In this document: positions 8,941 to 18,791 of the stretch, one piece after another
How positions within the stretch are numbered: the stretch's first letter is position 1
Layout: the number at the start of each line of letters is the position of its first letter
Notes under the pieces: generated by a model
Databases searched by the model: none
Told to the model about the DNA's origin: nothing
The model's input: the letters and a program-made list of their open reading frames with translations, nothing else
Translations under genes and position numbers: made by a program
DNA from: a virus
Lineage: Duplodnaviria; Caudoviricetes
Reading direction: 5' to 3' (one strand)
DNA: 58,837 bases
IMG/VR virus record: IMGVR_UViG_3300046170_000296
Span: 1 to 58,837 of that record

Positions 8941-11386
8941 TGAAGAAGAAGTTCAAGAACAAGTAATCGAAGAAACTGAAGCACAAGAAGAATCTCTTGG
9001 TCCAGTTGATATTCAAGAAAATGAAGATGGATCAGTTGATATAAATCTTGACCCAGCTGCTGCAACACCTGAAGGTGGTGACGAGCATTATGCAAACCTT
9101 GCAGATTTTTTACCAGATGATGTACTTGCTAGTTTAGCTTCAGACTTAAATTCTAAATACATGGACTATACTTCTTCTAGAAAAGAATGGGAGAAAACTT
9201 ATACACAAGGCCTAGACCTTTTAGGTTTTAAATACAATAACAGAACAGAACCTTTTCAAGGAGCTTCAGGTGCAACTCACCCAGTGTTGGCTGAAGCTGT
9301 TACACAGTTTCAAGCATTAGCTTACAAAGAATTATTACCGGCAGATGGTCCAGTTAGAACACAAGTAATTGGTTTATCTACACCAGAGAAAACACAACAA
9401 GCTTCACGTGTTAAAGATTTTATGAATTATGAAATCATGGAAAAGATGAAAGAGTATGAACCAGAGTTTGATCAAATGTTATTTAATCTTCCTCTTGCAG
9501 GTTCTGCTTTTAAGAAAGTCTACTATGATGACATGGAACAAAGAGCAGTATCAAAATTTGTTCCAGCAGATGATTTAATTGTTCCGTACACAGCTACCTC
9601 ATTAGATGATGCGGAAGCAATTATTCATCGAATAAAAATTTCAGAAAATGATTTAAGAAAACAACAAGTCGCTGGTTTTTACAGAGACATTGATTTAGGA
9701 AAACCAACTACAGGTGAATCTGATATTGAGAAAAAAGAAAGAGAGTTGGAAGGAACTTCTAAATCAAAAGAAGAAGATGTTTATACATTATTAGAATGTC
9801 ACGTGGATTTAGACTTAGATGGTTTTGAAGATTCTGATCCAGAGACTGGTGAGCCCTCAGGAATTAAAATACCTTACATTGTAACTTTAGAAGAAGGGTC
9901 ACGAGAGATTCTTTCTATTAAAAGAAACTATGAAGTAGGAGATCCATTAAAAAAGAAAATACAATATTTTGTTCATTTCAAATTTTTACCAGGACTAGGT
10001 TTCTATGGTTTTGGTTTAATTCATATGATTGGTGGATTATCACGTACTGCAACAAGTGCACTTAGACAACTATTAGATGCAGGAACTTTATCTAACTTAC
10101 CAGCAGGTTTTAAACAACGTGGTATTAGAATTAGAGATGATGCACAATCAATTCAACCTGGTGAGTTTAGAGATGTAGATGCACCTGGTGGAAATTTAAG
10201 AGATTCGTTTATGATGTTACCATTTAAAGAACCATCACAAACTTTGTTATCACTAATGGGAGTTGTAGTTAATGCAGGTCAAAGATTTGCATCAATTGCA
10301 GATCTACAAGTTGGTGATGGAAATCAACAAGCGGCAGTAGGAACAACAGTAGCTTTACTAGAGCGTGGTTCTAGAACTATGTCTGCGATTCACAAAAGAA
10401 TTTACTCAGCTTTGAAAAATGAATTTAGAATCATGGCTAGAGTATTCAAGTTATATCTACCTCAAGAATATCCGTATGATGTAGTTGGGGGTCAAAGAAT
10501 GATTAAACAACAAGACTTTGATGATAGGGTAGATATATTGCCAGTTGCTGACCCCAATATTTTTTCTCAAACACAGCGTATTTCCCTCGCGCAGACGGAA
10601 CTCCAACTGGCACAATCTAATCCGCAAATGCATAATCTGTATCAAGCATATAGAAACATGTATGAAGCATTGGGTGTAAAGAATATTGATGCTGTTTTAA
10701 TTAAACCAATGCAACCAATGCCAAAAGATCCGGCGTTAGAACACATTGATGCTTTAGGTGGTAAACCTTTTCAAGCATTTCCTGGACAAGATCATAGATC
10801 ACACATTACTTCACACTTAAATTTTATGGCAACGAACATGGCTAGAAATAATCCAATGGTAATGGCTTCATTAGAGAAGAATGTTTTTGAACATATTAGT
10901 CTAATGGCTCAAGAACAAGTTGAATTAGAGTACAGAGATGAGATGCAACAACTTCAACAGATGCAAATGCAAGCACAACAGAACCCGGCTATGGCTCAAC
11001 AGATTCAAATGCAAGTTATGCAGATGACTCAGAAGATTGAAGCAAGAAAAGCTCAACTAATTGCTGACATGATGGAAGAATTTATGAAGGAAGAGCAAAA
11101 AATTACTTCACAATTTGATAATGATCCAATTGCTAAACTAAGATCAAGAGAATTAGACCTTAGAGCACAAGAAAATGCTCGAAAAGAGAAGGAAGCTAAT
11201 GAGAGAATGGACCTTGATAAGATGAAAGCAATGATGAATCAACAAAATCAGGACGAAAAACTAAAACAAAACGAAGAATTAGCAAAATTACGTGCTGACA
11301 CATCAATTGAAAAGACTGTATTGTCAAAAACACTACCAAGTTCTGATTCAATGATGCCAAATGTTGCAATTATGCGTAAAGGCTAG
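8882..11386 (+). CDS. Portal protein
   Basis: GATHPVLAEAVTQFQA, LPLAGSAFKKVYYD, FLPGLGFYGFGLIH motifs; Gln-rich coiled-coil C-terminus; position after terL. Confidence 0.92.
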   Translation: MADIDKALPNEVRKEFELPSEEEVQEQVIEETEAQEESLGPVDIQENEDGSVDINLDPAAATPEGGDEHYANLADFLPDDVLASLASDLNSKYMDYTSSRKEWEKTYTQGLDLLGFKYNNRTEPFQGASGATHPVLAEAVTQFQALAYKELLPADGPVRTQVIGLSTPEKTQQASRVKDFMNYEIMEKMKEYEPEFDQMLFNLPLAGSAFKKVYYDDMEQRAVSKFVPADDLIVPYTATSLDDAEAIIHRIKISENDLRKQQVAGFYRDIDLGKPTTGESDIEKKERELEGTSKSKEEDVYTLLECHVDLDLDGFEDSDPETGEPSGIKIPYIVTLEEGSREILSIKRNYEVGDPLKKKIQYFVHFKFLPGLGFYGFGLIHMIGGLSRTATSALRQLLDAGTLSNLPAGFKQRGIRIRDDAQSIQPGEFRDVDAPGGNLRDSFMMLPFKEPSQTLLSLMGVVVNAGQRFASIADLQVGDGNQQAAVGTTVALLERGSRTMSAIHKRIYSALKNEFRIMARVFKLYLPQEYPYDVVGGQRMIKQQDFDDRVDILPVADPNIFSQTQRISLAQTELQLAQSNPQMHNLYQAYRNMYEALGVKNIDAVLIKPMQPMPKDPALEHIDALGGKPFQAFPGQDHRSHITSHLNFMATNMARNNPMVMASLEKNVFEHISLMAQEQVELEYRDEMQQLQQMQMQAQQNPAMAQQIQMQVMQMTQKIEARKAQLIADMMEEFMKEEQKITSQFDNDPIAKLRSRELDLRAQENARKEKEANERMDLDKMKAMMNQQNQDEKLKQNEELAKLRADTSIEKTVLSKTLPSSDSMMPNVAIMRKG

Positions 11387-11434
11387 TGACAAAAACTAAA
11401 AAAACAGTTAAAATAAAATACATAAGGAGAAAAT

Positions 11435-11617
11435 ATGGAAAAATTAGATAAAATTGTTGAAATCAAGTCAGAAGACAAAATGAATCTTGAAATCGACCCA
11501 AGATCTAAGACTACAGCTGATGGTTCTTACAACTATATCGCTACAGGTGAAGAAGTTGAAGTAAGAGGAACTAAAAGAATGTTAAAAGAGAAGTCTAGAA
11601 AAGCAAAGTGGATCTAA
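11435..11617 (+). CDS. Small hypothetical protein
   Basis: ORF with AAGGAG RBS. Confidence 0.75.
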   Translation: MEKLDKIVEIKSEDKMNLEIDPRSKTTADGSYNYIATGEEVEVRGTKRMLKEKSRKAKWI

Positions 11618-11618
11618 C

Positions 11619-12006
11619 ATGTGGTTATCGGCAATTAAACTAGCCGTTTCTGCTGGAAGTAAGATTTATGCTAACAAGCAGAAGACGAAGATGGCAATGA
11701 GCTGAAGCACAACTTATGCATGCTACTAAGATGGCTCATGGTGAGGAGCAATACCAGGGAAAACTTTTAGAAGCAAGGCAATCGGACTGGAAGGACGAGG
11801 CGGTTTTGATAATTTTAAGTTTGCCCGTGTTGGTGCTCGCTTGGGCAGTCATATCGGATGATCCAACAGCGATGGACAAAGTAAAATTGTTCTTCGACAT
11901 GTTCTCGCAGCTTCCATCGTGGTTTACAAATTTATGGATTCTTGTCGTGGCGAGCATTTATGGTATAAAGGGAACACAAATATTTCGTAACGGAGGAAAA
12001 AAATAA
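11619..12006 (+). CDS. Putative holin (GTA 3TM-holin-like), indel near 11700
   Basis: MWLSAIKLAV... joins ORF 11716-12006 with SDWKDE and two hydrophobic helices ending SIYGIKG. Confidence 0.65.
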
Positions 12007-12413
12007 TGAGAAGACAATTTAAATTTGGTACTAAACCATTAGAGAAAAAAATGAATCAAGCTAAAAATGTTAAAAAATTAACAACATCAGATGATGCTTA
12101 TTCTCCTGAAAAAATGTATGTTGTTTCAAGTTCAAAATCAAAAAAAGGTTCTATGAGTTCGAGACCTAGAGTGCAAGAAAAAACTGATTTAACTGCAAGA
12201 GGAACAGCTGACAAACTTAAATCTGAAGGACTAAGAGCTAAATCTTATTACAGAAAAGATTTACCTGAAGGAGCTTTAAGAGAAGTTTTTCGTAAAGAAG
12301 CACGTAAAAATAGAAAACCGGTTGCAAGTGGTAGAAGAAAAAGTAAAAACTCTATGAAAAAGCCACCACCAGAAATAAAAACAATTGGAAAAAAAAAGAG
12401 GAAGATAATATAA
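12006..12413 (+). CDS. Highly basic hypothetical protein
   Basis: K/R-rich ORF; TAATG coupling on both sides. Confidence 0.7.
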   Translation: MRRQFKFGTKPLEKKMNQAKNVKKLTTSDDAYSPEKMYVVSSSKSKKGSMSSRPRVQEKTDLTARGTADKLKSEGLRAKSYYRKDLPEGALREVFRKEARKNRKPVASGRRKSKNSMKKPPPEIKTIGKKKRKII

Positions 12414-12607
12414 TGAGAAAAAAAATGATGGGTGGAGGAATGACAAGAAAAATGTATTCCAAAGGTTCAAACGGTAAACCTATAAGTAAAAGTAAAAATC
12501 CTGGTATATTAGCAATGTCAAAAACAGCAAAAGGAAAAAAAATTGTAAAAGAAAAATTTAAATTTAATCCTGATAGAGTTGTTGCTAAAAAAGGTGGTAA
12601 AGTATAA
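12413..12607 (+). CDS. Small basic protein ending AKKGGKV
   Basis: ORF; TAATG coupling. Confidence 0.75.
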   Translation: MRKKMMGGGMTRKMYSKGSNGKPISKSKNPGILAMSKTAKGKKIVKEKFKFNPDRVVAKKGGKV

Positions 12608-12801
12608 TGGCTAAACTTTGTGCAAAAGGCAAAGCAGCTGCCAAGAGAAAATTCAAAGTGTATCCTTCGGCGTACGCTAACATGTATGCATCAGGAGTTT
12701 GCTCAGGTAAAATTACACCCGGTGGTAAAAAAGGAAGTCGTAAGAAAGCTTCTATAGGTGGTTTAATGACAATGGATAATTATTACAAAGGTCTTGTTTA
12801 A
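12607..12801 (+). CDS. Small basic protein (KRKFKVYPSAYAN motif)
   Basis: ORF; motif recognised from phage head-region small proteins. Confidence 0.8.
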   Translation: MAKLCAKGKAAAKRKFKVYPSAYANMYASGVCSGKITPGGKKGSRKKASIGGLMTMDNYYKGLV

Positions 12802-13145
12802 TGTCTTTAAGAAAATGGGTGAAAGAAAAATGGGTGGACATTGGAGCACCGAAGAAGAACGGGAAGTATCAACCTTGCGGGAGAAGCAAAGGCTCGAAAA
12901 GGAAATATCCAAAATGCGTACCACTTGCAAAAGCCACACGGATGACAAGCTCGCAAAAGGCGAGTGCTGTCAAACGAAAGAGAGCTGCAGGTAACCCAGG
13001 CGGTAAACCAACTAACGTTGCAACATTTACAAAAAGAACTAAAAAATCTATAGGTGGATATACTGGACCAGCAATTAACTCAGAGTATGGTGGAGTTAAA
13101 TTAAATAATGATTCATATTCAAAATACTATAAAGGTATGCTGTAA
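12801..13145 (+). CDS. Basic hypothetical protein (DUF5872-like; LRKWVKEKWVDI...YPKCVP)
   Basis: ORF; recalled motif. Confidence 0.75.
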   Translation: MSLRKWVKEKWVDIGAPKKNGKYQPCGRSKGSKRKYPKCVPLAKATRMTSSQKASAVKRKRAAGNPGGKPTNVATFTKRTKKSIGGYTGPAINSEYGGVKLNNDSYSKYYKGML

Positions 13146-13300
13146 TGAATTTAGAAAAAGATTTACAGAAACTAAAAAAAGAAAAAGCATTAAAAGAATC
13201 TGCTATTGCTCAACTTAGAAAAAGAAGTAAAGACTCTGTTGCAAGACCTAGAGCAGAAAAAAATATTTTATCAACTAGTCCAGAGATGCAAAAAATTTAA
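13145..13300 (+). CDS. 51-aa hypothetical protein
   Basis: Manual translation MNLEKDLQKLKKEK...; TAATG-coupled at both ends. Confidence 0.65.
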   Translation: MNLEKDLQKLKKEKALKESAIAQLRKRSKDSVARPRAEKNILSTSPEMQKI

Positions 13301-13581
13301 TGACTATTAGAAAAACAACTAAAGGACCAGGAGCTAATTATAGACCAACTAAATCTGGTGCCGGTATGACTGCTAAAGGTGTAAGAGCTTATAGAGCAGC
13401 TAACCCAGGTTCAAAATTAAAAACAGCCGTGACTGGTAAAGTCAAGAAAGGTTCAGCAGCTGCTAAACGTAGAAAGTCATATTGTGCAAGATCACTTGGA
13501 CAACTTAAACGATCTTCTGCTAAAACTAGAAATGATCCAAATTCTAGAATTAGACAAGCTAGAAGACGTTGGAAATGTTAG
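13300..13581 (+). CDS. Basic hypothetical protein (DUF6321-like; RRKSYCARS...RRRWKC)
   Basis: ORF; recalled motif. Confidence 0.8.
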   Translation: MTIRKTTKGPGANYRPTKSGAGMTAKGVRAYRAANPGSKLKTAVTGKVKKGSAAAKRRKSYCARSLGQLKRSSAKTRNDPNSRIRQARRRWKC

Positions 13582-13710
13582 ACAGATTTGTATATAGATT
13601 TTTTGGTTTTTTAGATGATGCCATTGCATTTGTTGAAACAGGTGCTATAAGAATGACCGAATGGTGTTGGCATTCAAGAGTAAATTTATTAAACAAAAGG
13701 AGAAAGAAAA

Positions 13711-13959
13711 ATGTTAAACGAAGAAACAGTAATAATTCATAAAGTACAAAAACATCTTAAAGAGTCTTATCAAGATATAGCAGATGCCATGATAGGTGGT
13801 GCTATTGACAATATGGAAAAATACAAGTATATGATGGGACAGGCACATGCCTATTTAAAAATATCACAGGAAATCTCTAACCTGCTAGAACCAAAGGAGC
13901 AAAAAAATGATATTGAAAGATCAGAAAACGTCGTCGACTTCGAGCGACCCGAAAGTTAA
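13711..13959 (+). CDS. Hypothetical protein
   Basis: ORF with AAGGAG RBS, upstream of groES. Confidence 0.75.
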   Translation: MLNEETVIIHKVQKHLKESYQDIADAMIGGAIDNMEKYKYMMGQAHAYLKISQEISNLLEPKEQKNDIERSENVVDFERPES

Positions 13960-14368
13960 ATCGGCACTATTAAATAAATACGACGAAGAAAACCAAAAAG
14001 AAATAGACGGTTACGAACGTCTTAAAACAAAAGAATCAAATAAATTACCTAAACCAACTGGATGGAGATTAGTTGTTCTGCCATTTAAAATGCCAGAAAA
14101 AACTAAAGGTGGATTGTTACTTGGACAAGAAACTTTAGAGAGACAACAAATTGGATCTACTTGTGGTTTAGTTCTTGCAATGGGTCCGCATTGTTATGAC
14201 AAAGATAAATTTCCAGAAGGACCTTGGTGTAAAAAAGGTGACTGGGTTATCTTTGCAAGATATGCAGGATCAAGAATCCAAATAGATGGTGGGGAAGTAA
14301 GAATGCTAAATGATGATGAAGTTTTAGCAACCATTGAAAACCCTGAAGATATACTTCATCAATATTAA
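13907..14368 (+). CDS. groES: Co-chaperonin GroES-like protein with N-terminal extension
   Basis: PTGWRLVV...EKTKGGLLL, KKGDWVIFARYAG, RMLNDDEVLA. Confidence 0.9.
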   Translation: MILKDQKTSSTSSDPKVKSALLNKYDEENQKEIDGYERLKTKESNKLPKPTGWRLVVLPFKMPEKTKGGLLLGQETLERQQIGSTCGLVLAMGPHCYDKDKFPEGPWCKKGDWVIFARYAGSRIQIDGGEVRMLNDDEVLATIENPEDILHQY

Positions 14369-14387
14369 TCATAGAAGGAGATAAACT

Positions 14388-15381
14388 ATGCCAGACGTAG
14401 AAGAAAACAAAACAGTCGATATAGATACATCGGGTCCTGATATGGAAGTTGAGTTAGAAGAAACTCAATCGACAGAAACAGAAACACCTGAAGTAGAAAC
14501 ACCAACTGAAGATAAGGCAGAAGATAAAACGTTTGAAAACGAACGTGAAATCAAACTAGAAGAAAAGAAAGAAGATCCTGAAAAGGACGATAAAGAAAAA
14601 GAATTAGAAAAAGTACTCTGATGGAGTACAAAGAAGAATAGCTAAACTTACACATAAATGGAGAGAAGCTGAGAGACAAAAAGATGAAGCTTTAACTTAT
14701 GCTCAAGCACAAATAAAAGCAAAAGAAGAAGCTGAAAAGAAAATCTCTAGATACGAACCTGAGTTTTTAAAAAATGCTGAGGATAGTATTACTAATGGTT
14801 TAGCAGCAGCTCAAGCAAAACTTGCAGCAGCAAGAGAAGCAAATGATCTAACGGCTGAATCTGAAGCTTTAACTGCAATCTCTGAACTTGGTTATAAAAG
14901 AGCTAAATTTGAAGAAACTAAAGTTGCTCAAGAAGAATATAATCAACAAAGAAAAGAAGTTAAACAACCAGAAATAAACTTAAATAGACAACAAGCATCA
15001 CAAGGAACACCTGATCCTAAGGCTGAAACATGGGCATCTAGAAATGCTTGGTTTGGTCAAGATACAGCTATGACTTATACTGCTTTTGATCTACATAAGA
15101 AACTTACAGAACAAGAGGGTTATGATCCTCAATCTGATGAGTATTATCTTGAAATAGATAAAAGAATAAGACTTGAATTCCCTCACAAATTTGATACAAC
15201 TAGATCAGATAAAGGGGAAGTTCCGACCAAACCCGTACAAACAGTAGCTAGTGCGAAGCGAAGTACAAATACTGGTCGCAAAACTGTGAGACTCACATCC
15301 TCTCAGGTAGCAATCGCTAAAAAATTAGGTGTGCCACTAGAAGAATATGCGAAACAATTAAAAATCACGAAGGAGGCATAA
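14388..15381 (+). CDS. Capsid scaffolding-like protein (indel near 14610)
   Basis: Acidic N-terminus, coiled coil, C-terminal VRLTSSQVAIAKKLGVPLEEYAKQ; lies upstream of capsid genes. Confidence 0.75.
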
Positions 15382-15385
15382 GCAT

Positions 15386-15850
15386 ATGGAAAATAATAAT
15401 GACAAAAGAGCGTCCCGTGCGAGTCAAACAAGAGAAAAAGAAGCTAAGAAAAAAGTTTGGACTCCACCTTCATCTTTAGATGCACCCCCTGCACCAACAG
15501 GTTTTAAACACAGATGGATCAGAGTAGAATCTATGGGATTCCAAGACACTAAAAACGTCGCTGGAAGAATCAGATCCGGATACGAGCTTGTAAGAGCTGA
15601 TGAATATCCAGACTCAGACTTTCCAATTGTGGATGATGGTAAATACAAAGGGGTAATCGGAGTAGGAGGCCTAGTGCTGGCTAGGGTACCGGAAGAGATT
15701 GCAGAGCAAAGATCTGAATATTATCAGAAGCAAGCTCAAGATAACGTCGACGCAGTTGACAACGATCTTATGAAGGAACAGCACCCAAGTATGCCGATCA
15801 ATATTGATCGACAGACTCGTGTAACCTTCGGTGGTTCAAAGAAAAGTTAA
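15386..15850 (+). CDS. Conserved head-module hypothetical protein
   Basis: WTPPSSLDAPPAPTGFKHRWIR motif. Confidence 0.8.
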   Translation: MENNNDKRASRASQTREKEAKKKVWTPPSSLDAPPAPTGFKHRWIRVESMGFQDTKNVAGRIRSGYELVRADEYPDSDFPIVDDGKYKGVIGVGGLVLARVPEEIAEQRSEYYQKQAQDNVDAVDNDLMKEQHPSMPINIDRQTRVTFGGSKKS

Positions 15851-15889
15851 TTTTTTAACGATTACTAAGACCACTGGATAAACTAACCC

Positions 15890-15918
15890 GTGAGTGGAGG
15901 CCCGCAAGGGTAGCTCAC
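15890..15918 (+). promoter_or_regulatory. Leader hairpin with GCAA tetraloop next to the RBS of the capsid operon
   Basis: GTGAG...CCC-GCAA-GGG...CTCAC immediately before ATAAGGAG. Confidence 0.55.
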
Positions 15919-15934
15919 ATAAGGAGAAAATATA

Positions 15935-16498
15935 ATGGCAAACACAGACGCAGCTTTTGGTTTAAAAGCTATAGGTAAAGTTGGCCAGAATAGAGACAAC
16001 CAAGGTTTATCCGAATATAGTATTGCGGCAAGCGCGACTGCTATTTATCAATGGGACCCTGTCGAAATGGCAGCCACTGGTACAATTACAGTTGCAGCAG
16101 CTACAGATACGTTATTAGGATCACTAAATGGTGTTTTCTATACTGACGCTTCTACTAGTAAACCAACATGGGCGAACCATCTGAATGCAAGTAATACTGC
16201 AACAGATATCGTAGGATTCGTTTCTGACGACCCTTACGAAAGGTTTGAAATACAATCAGACGGCGCAACTGCAGCAGCAGACGTCGGAATGAATGCTGAC
16301 ATTGTATATGCAGCTGGTAGTTCACCAGACTACATATCAAAAGTAGAATTAGATCACTCTGATCTAAAAACTGCAACAGCACAACTAAGAGTACTTGCAA
16401 TATCAAACGATCCAAATAATAGCACAGCAGGTTCTGCTAATGTTAATTTGGTAGTTATGATTAACGAGCACTTCTTGAAAGGAACGGTAGGAGTATAA
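15935..16498 (+). CDS. Capsid decoration/minor capsid protein
   Basis: MANTDAAFGLK start; Ala/Thr-rich; immediately precedes the major capsid gene. Confidence 0.75.
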   Translation: MANTDAAFGLKAIGKVGQNRDNQGLSEYSIAASATAIYQWDPVEMAATGTITVAAATDTLLGSLNGVFYTDASTSKPTWANHLNASNTATDIVGFVSDDPYERFEIQSDGATAAADVGMNADIVYAAGSSPDYISKVELDHSDLKTATAQLRVLAISNDPNNSTAGSANVNLVVMINEHFLKGTVGV

Positions 16499-17400
16499 TG
16501 GCCATAAGTAGAGGACAACTAGTTAAAGAACTAGAACCAGGTCTAAATGCACTATTTGGACTTGAATATAAACGTTACGAGAATCAGCATGCTGAAATCT
16601 ATACTACTGAATCTTCAGACAGAGCGTTTGAAGAAGAAGTTATGTTATCAGGTTTTGCTCAAGCTCAGACTAAAGCAGAAGGAAGTGGAGTTGTTTTTGA
16701 CAATGCTCAAGAAACTTTCACTGCAAGATACACACATGAAACTGTGGCTCTTGCTTTTGCAATTACTGAAGAAGCTATTGAGGATAACTTGTATGACAGA
16801 CTTGCTAGTAGATATACAAAAGCATTAGCTAGATCTATGGCGAACACTAAACAAGTTAAAGCGGTAAGCCCTTTAATTAATGGTTTCGGTACATTTACTT
16901 CAGGTGATGGTTCTGCATTATTTGCAACTAACCACCCAACTGTAAGTGGAACTGTATCAAACACATTAGCAACGGCTTCTGACTTGAACGAAACTTCACT
17001 AGAGCAATCATTAATTGACATTGCTGCAATGACAGACGAAAGAGGTCTAAAAATTGCTGCAAGAGGTGTTAAAATGATTATCCCTTCTGAACTTCAGTTC
17101 ACTGCTGAAAGACTTATGAAGTCTCAAGGTAGAGTTGGTACTGCTGATAATGACATCAACGCAATTGCGTCAATGGGAATGGTTCCTCAAGGTTATAGAG
17201 TGAACAACTTCCTAACTGACCCAGATGCTTTCTACATTATCACAGACGTGCCTAATGGTATGAAGTACTTTGACAGAGCAGCTATTAAAACTGCAATGGA
17301 AGGTGACTTTGACACTGGTAACGTAAGATACAAAGCTAGAGAAAGATACTCATTTGGTGTATCTGACTATAGAGGTATTTTTGCATCACCAGGTGCATAA
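16498..17400 (+). CDS. Major capsid protein
   Basis: MAISRGQLVKELEPGLNALFGLEY...EGDFDTGNVRYKARERYSFG. Confidence 0.93.
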   Translation: MAISRGQLVKELEPGLNALFGLEYKRYENQHAEIYTTESSDRAFEEEVMLSGFAQAQTKAEGSGVVFDNAQETFTARYTHETVALAFAITEEAIEDNLYDRLASRYTKALARSMANTKQVKAVSPLINGFGTFTSGDGSALFATNHPTVSGTVSNTLATASDLNETSLEQSLIDIAAMTDERGLKIAARGVKMIIPSELQFTAERLMKSQGRVGTADNDINAIASMGMVPQGYRVNNFLTDPDAFYIITDVPNGMKYFDRAAIKTAMEGDFDTGNVRYKARERYSFGVSDYRGIFASPGA

Positions 17401-17413
17401 TAATTAGAAATTT

Positions 17414-17437
17414 TGAGGCGGACACAGTTCCGCCTCA
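17414..17437 (+). terminator. Hairpin after major capsid gene
   Basis: tgaggcgga-cacagt-tccgcctca, 9-bp stem. Confidence 0.6.
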
Positions 17438-17460
17438 TTATGAAAGTAGAAAGGAATTTC

Positions 17461-17721
17461 ATGAAAAAATTTACAGTTACAATAAATGCCTACGATCACT
17501 ACGCAAGATTTGAAGTGTTATCAGAAGATAATGCAGTTTCCCTTGAACAAGCCATAGTTGACAAACTAGGAGAAAATGTTATAAAATGGGAACATATCGG
17601 AACTAAAGTTTTTGCTTCCGATAAATACAGAATAACCTATGAGGAGGTTATAGATGATACAAGACCTATACAAACAAAAAAGGTCCTTGGAGTTGAAGTG
17701 GGAACAGGAGCATCTCTCTAA
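17461..17721 (+). CDS. Hypothetical protein
   Basis: GAAAGGA RBS before MKKFTVT at 17461. Confidence 0.65.
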   Translation: MKKFTVTINAYDHYARFEVLSEDNAVSLEQAIVDKLGENVIKWEHIGTKVFASDKYRITYEEVIDDTRPIQTKKVLGVEVGTGASL

Positions 17722-17863
17722 CGATAGATACACTCTTGAGATGGTTAGAATTGACGATAAAGTCAAACAGATCATCACAGACATCAAGCTTGAAGAAGCT
17801 AGAATCGCTCACTTACAGAACACTGTTGAAAGTTCTGCTCCTGAAGTTTCAGTAGCTACTTAA
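17654..17863 (+). CDS. Hypothetical coiled-coil protein
   Basis: GAGGAGG RBS; ORF track. Confidence 0.75.
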   Translation: MIQDLYKQKRSLELKWEQEHLSNDRYTLEMVRIDDKVKQIITDIKLEEARIAHLQNTVESSAPEVSVAT

Positions 17864-17911
17864 ACAAAAGCTACATCGTTGGAAAAATTCCACTCCGCAC
17901 TGTAGGACTTC

Positions 17912-17940
17912 TTGCACTCTACTCAAAACTAGTATATAAA
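17912..17940 (+). promoter_or_regulatory. Promoter TTGCAC-N17-TATAAA
   Basis: Correct spacing, in intergenic region. Confidence 0.55.
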
Positions 17941-17962
17941 AAACTCACTATACATAAATTAA

Positions 17963-18012
17963 TATTCTGCATGGACGCAGTATAGTCGACGGCCTAGAGA
18001 CCATGTAGAATA
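17963..18012 (+). promoter_or_regulatory. Structured 5' leader (12-bp stem enclosing a GC-rich loop)
   Basis: tattctgcatgg / ccatgtagaata with one G-U pair on the plus strand. Confidence 0.55.
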
Positions 18013-18029
18013 CAACTAGGAGAATAATC

Positions 18030-18437
18030 ATGGCTAAAACACTATTTAGAGGACCAGTACTGCAAGGTAAATTTAACGAAGCAGGTTTAACTGGATTCAA
18101 TCTAGAAGACAAATCCGCTAGCTACACAGTTACAAATGCAGATTCTGGTAAAACTTTTACATCATCTACTGATGGTGTGGTATTTACTTTACCTGCAATT
18201 TCTATCGGAAGAGTATTTACTTTTGTAAATACAGGTCAAGATGGAGCTAATACATTAACTATTAGTCCAAATGCTAATGATGGTATTTTGTACGCTGGAT
18301 CTTTAACTGATGATAAAGATATTATTAATACAAAATCTACATCAAAAGTTGGTGACTTTATAGTATGTGCATCTTTGAACTCAACAGCTCATTGGACAGT
18401 TGTTGATGTGCAAGGTGTATTTGCTAAAGAAGCATAA
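18030..18437 (+). CDS. Putative structural (head fibre/decoration) protein
   Basis: YTVTNADSGKTF...FTLPA...FTFVN beta-rich motif. Confidence 0.75.
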   Translation: MAKTLFRGPVLQGKFNEAGLTGFNLEDKSASYTVTNADSGKTFTSSTDGVVFTLPAISIGRVFTFVNTGQDGANTLTISPNANDGILYAGSLTDDKDIINTKSTSKVGDFIVCASLNSTAHWTVVDVQGVFAKEA

Positions 18438-18447
18438 TAAATAATTA

Positions 18448-18469
18448 GTGTGGACCTTCGGGTCCACAT
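18448..18469 (+). terminator. C(UUCG)G tetraloop hairpin
   Basis: gtgtggacc-ttcg-ggtccacat. Confidence 0.7.
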
Positions 18470-18493
18470 AAAATTAATTTTAAGGAGAATAAT

Positions 18494-18787
18494 ATGGATT
18501 CAGATCAGAAAACATTAAACATGGCAGCAGTTGGAGCCAATACATTAGCAAGAGCAGCTAGAACTAGAATTACTTCTATACAAGCAAAAGGAATAGCTAG
18601 TTCAACTTTAATTTTGTATGATTCGTCTGATGCAAGTACACCAGGAACTGCAGTAGCTACTTATAACTATGGCACTGAAGGATTAGAAGTTTATATTCCT
18701 GGTTCAGGTATCAAGTTTGAAAATGGTATTGTTTACAATTTAGCTGGAGCAGGCGGAAGCGTTACAGTAACTATAACAGGAGCGTAA
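18494..18787 (+). CDS. Putative structural protein
   Basis: ORF with AAGGAG RBS; IPGSGIKFENG motif. Confidence 0.75.
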   Translation: MDSDQKTLNMAAVGANTLARAARTRITSIQAKGIASSTLILYDSSDASTPGTAVATYNYGTEGLEVYIPGSGIKFENGIVYNLAGAGGSVTVTITGA

Positions 18788-18791
18788 GCTC

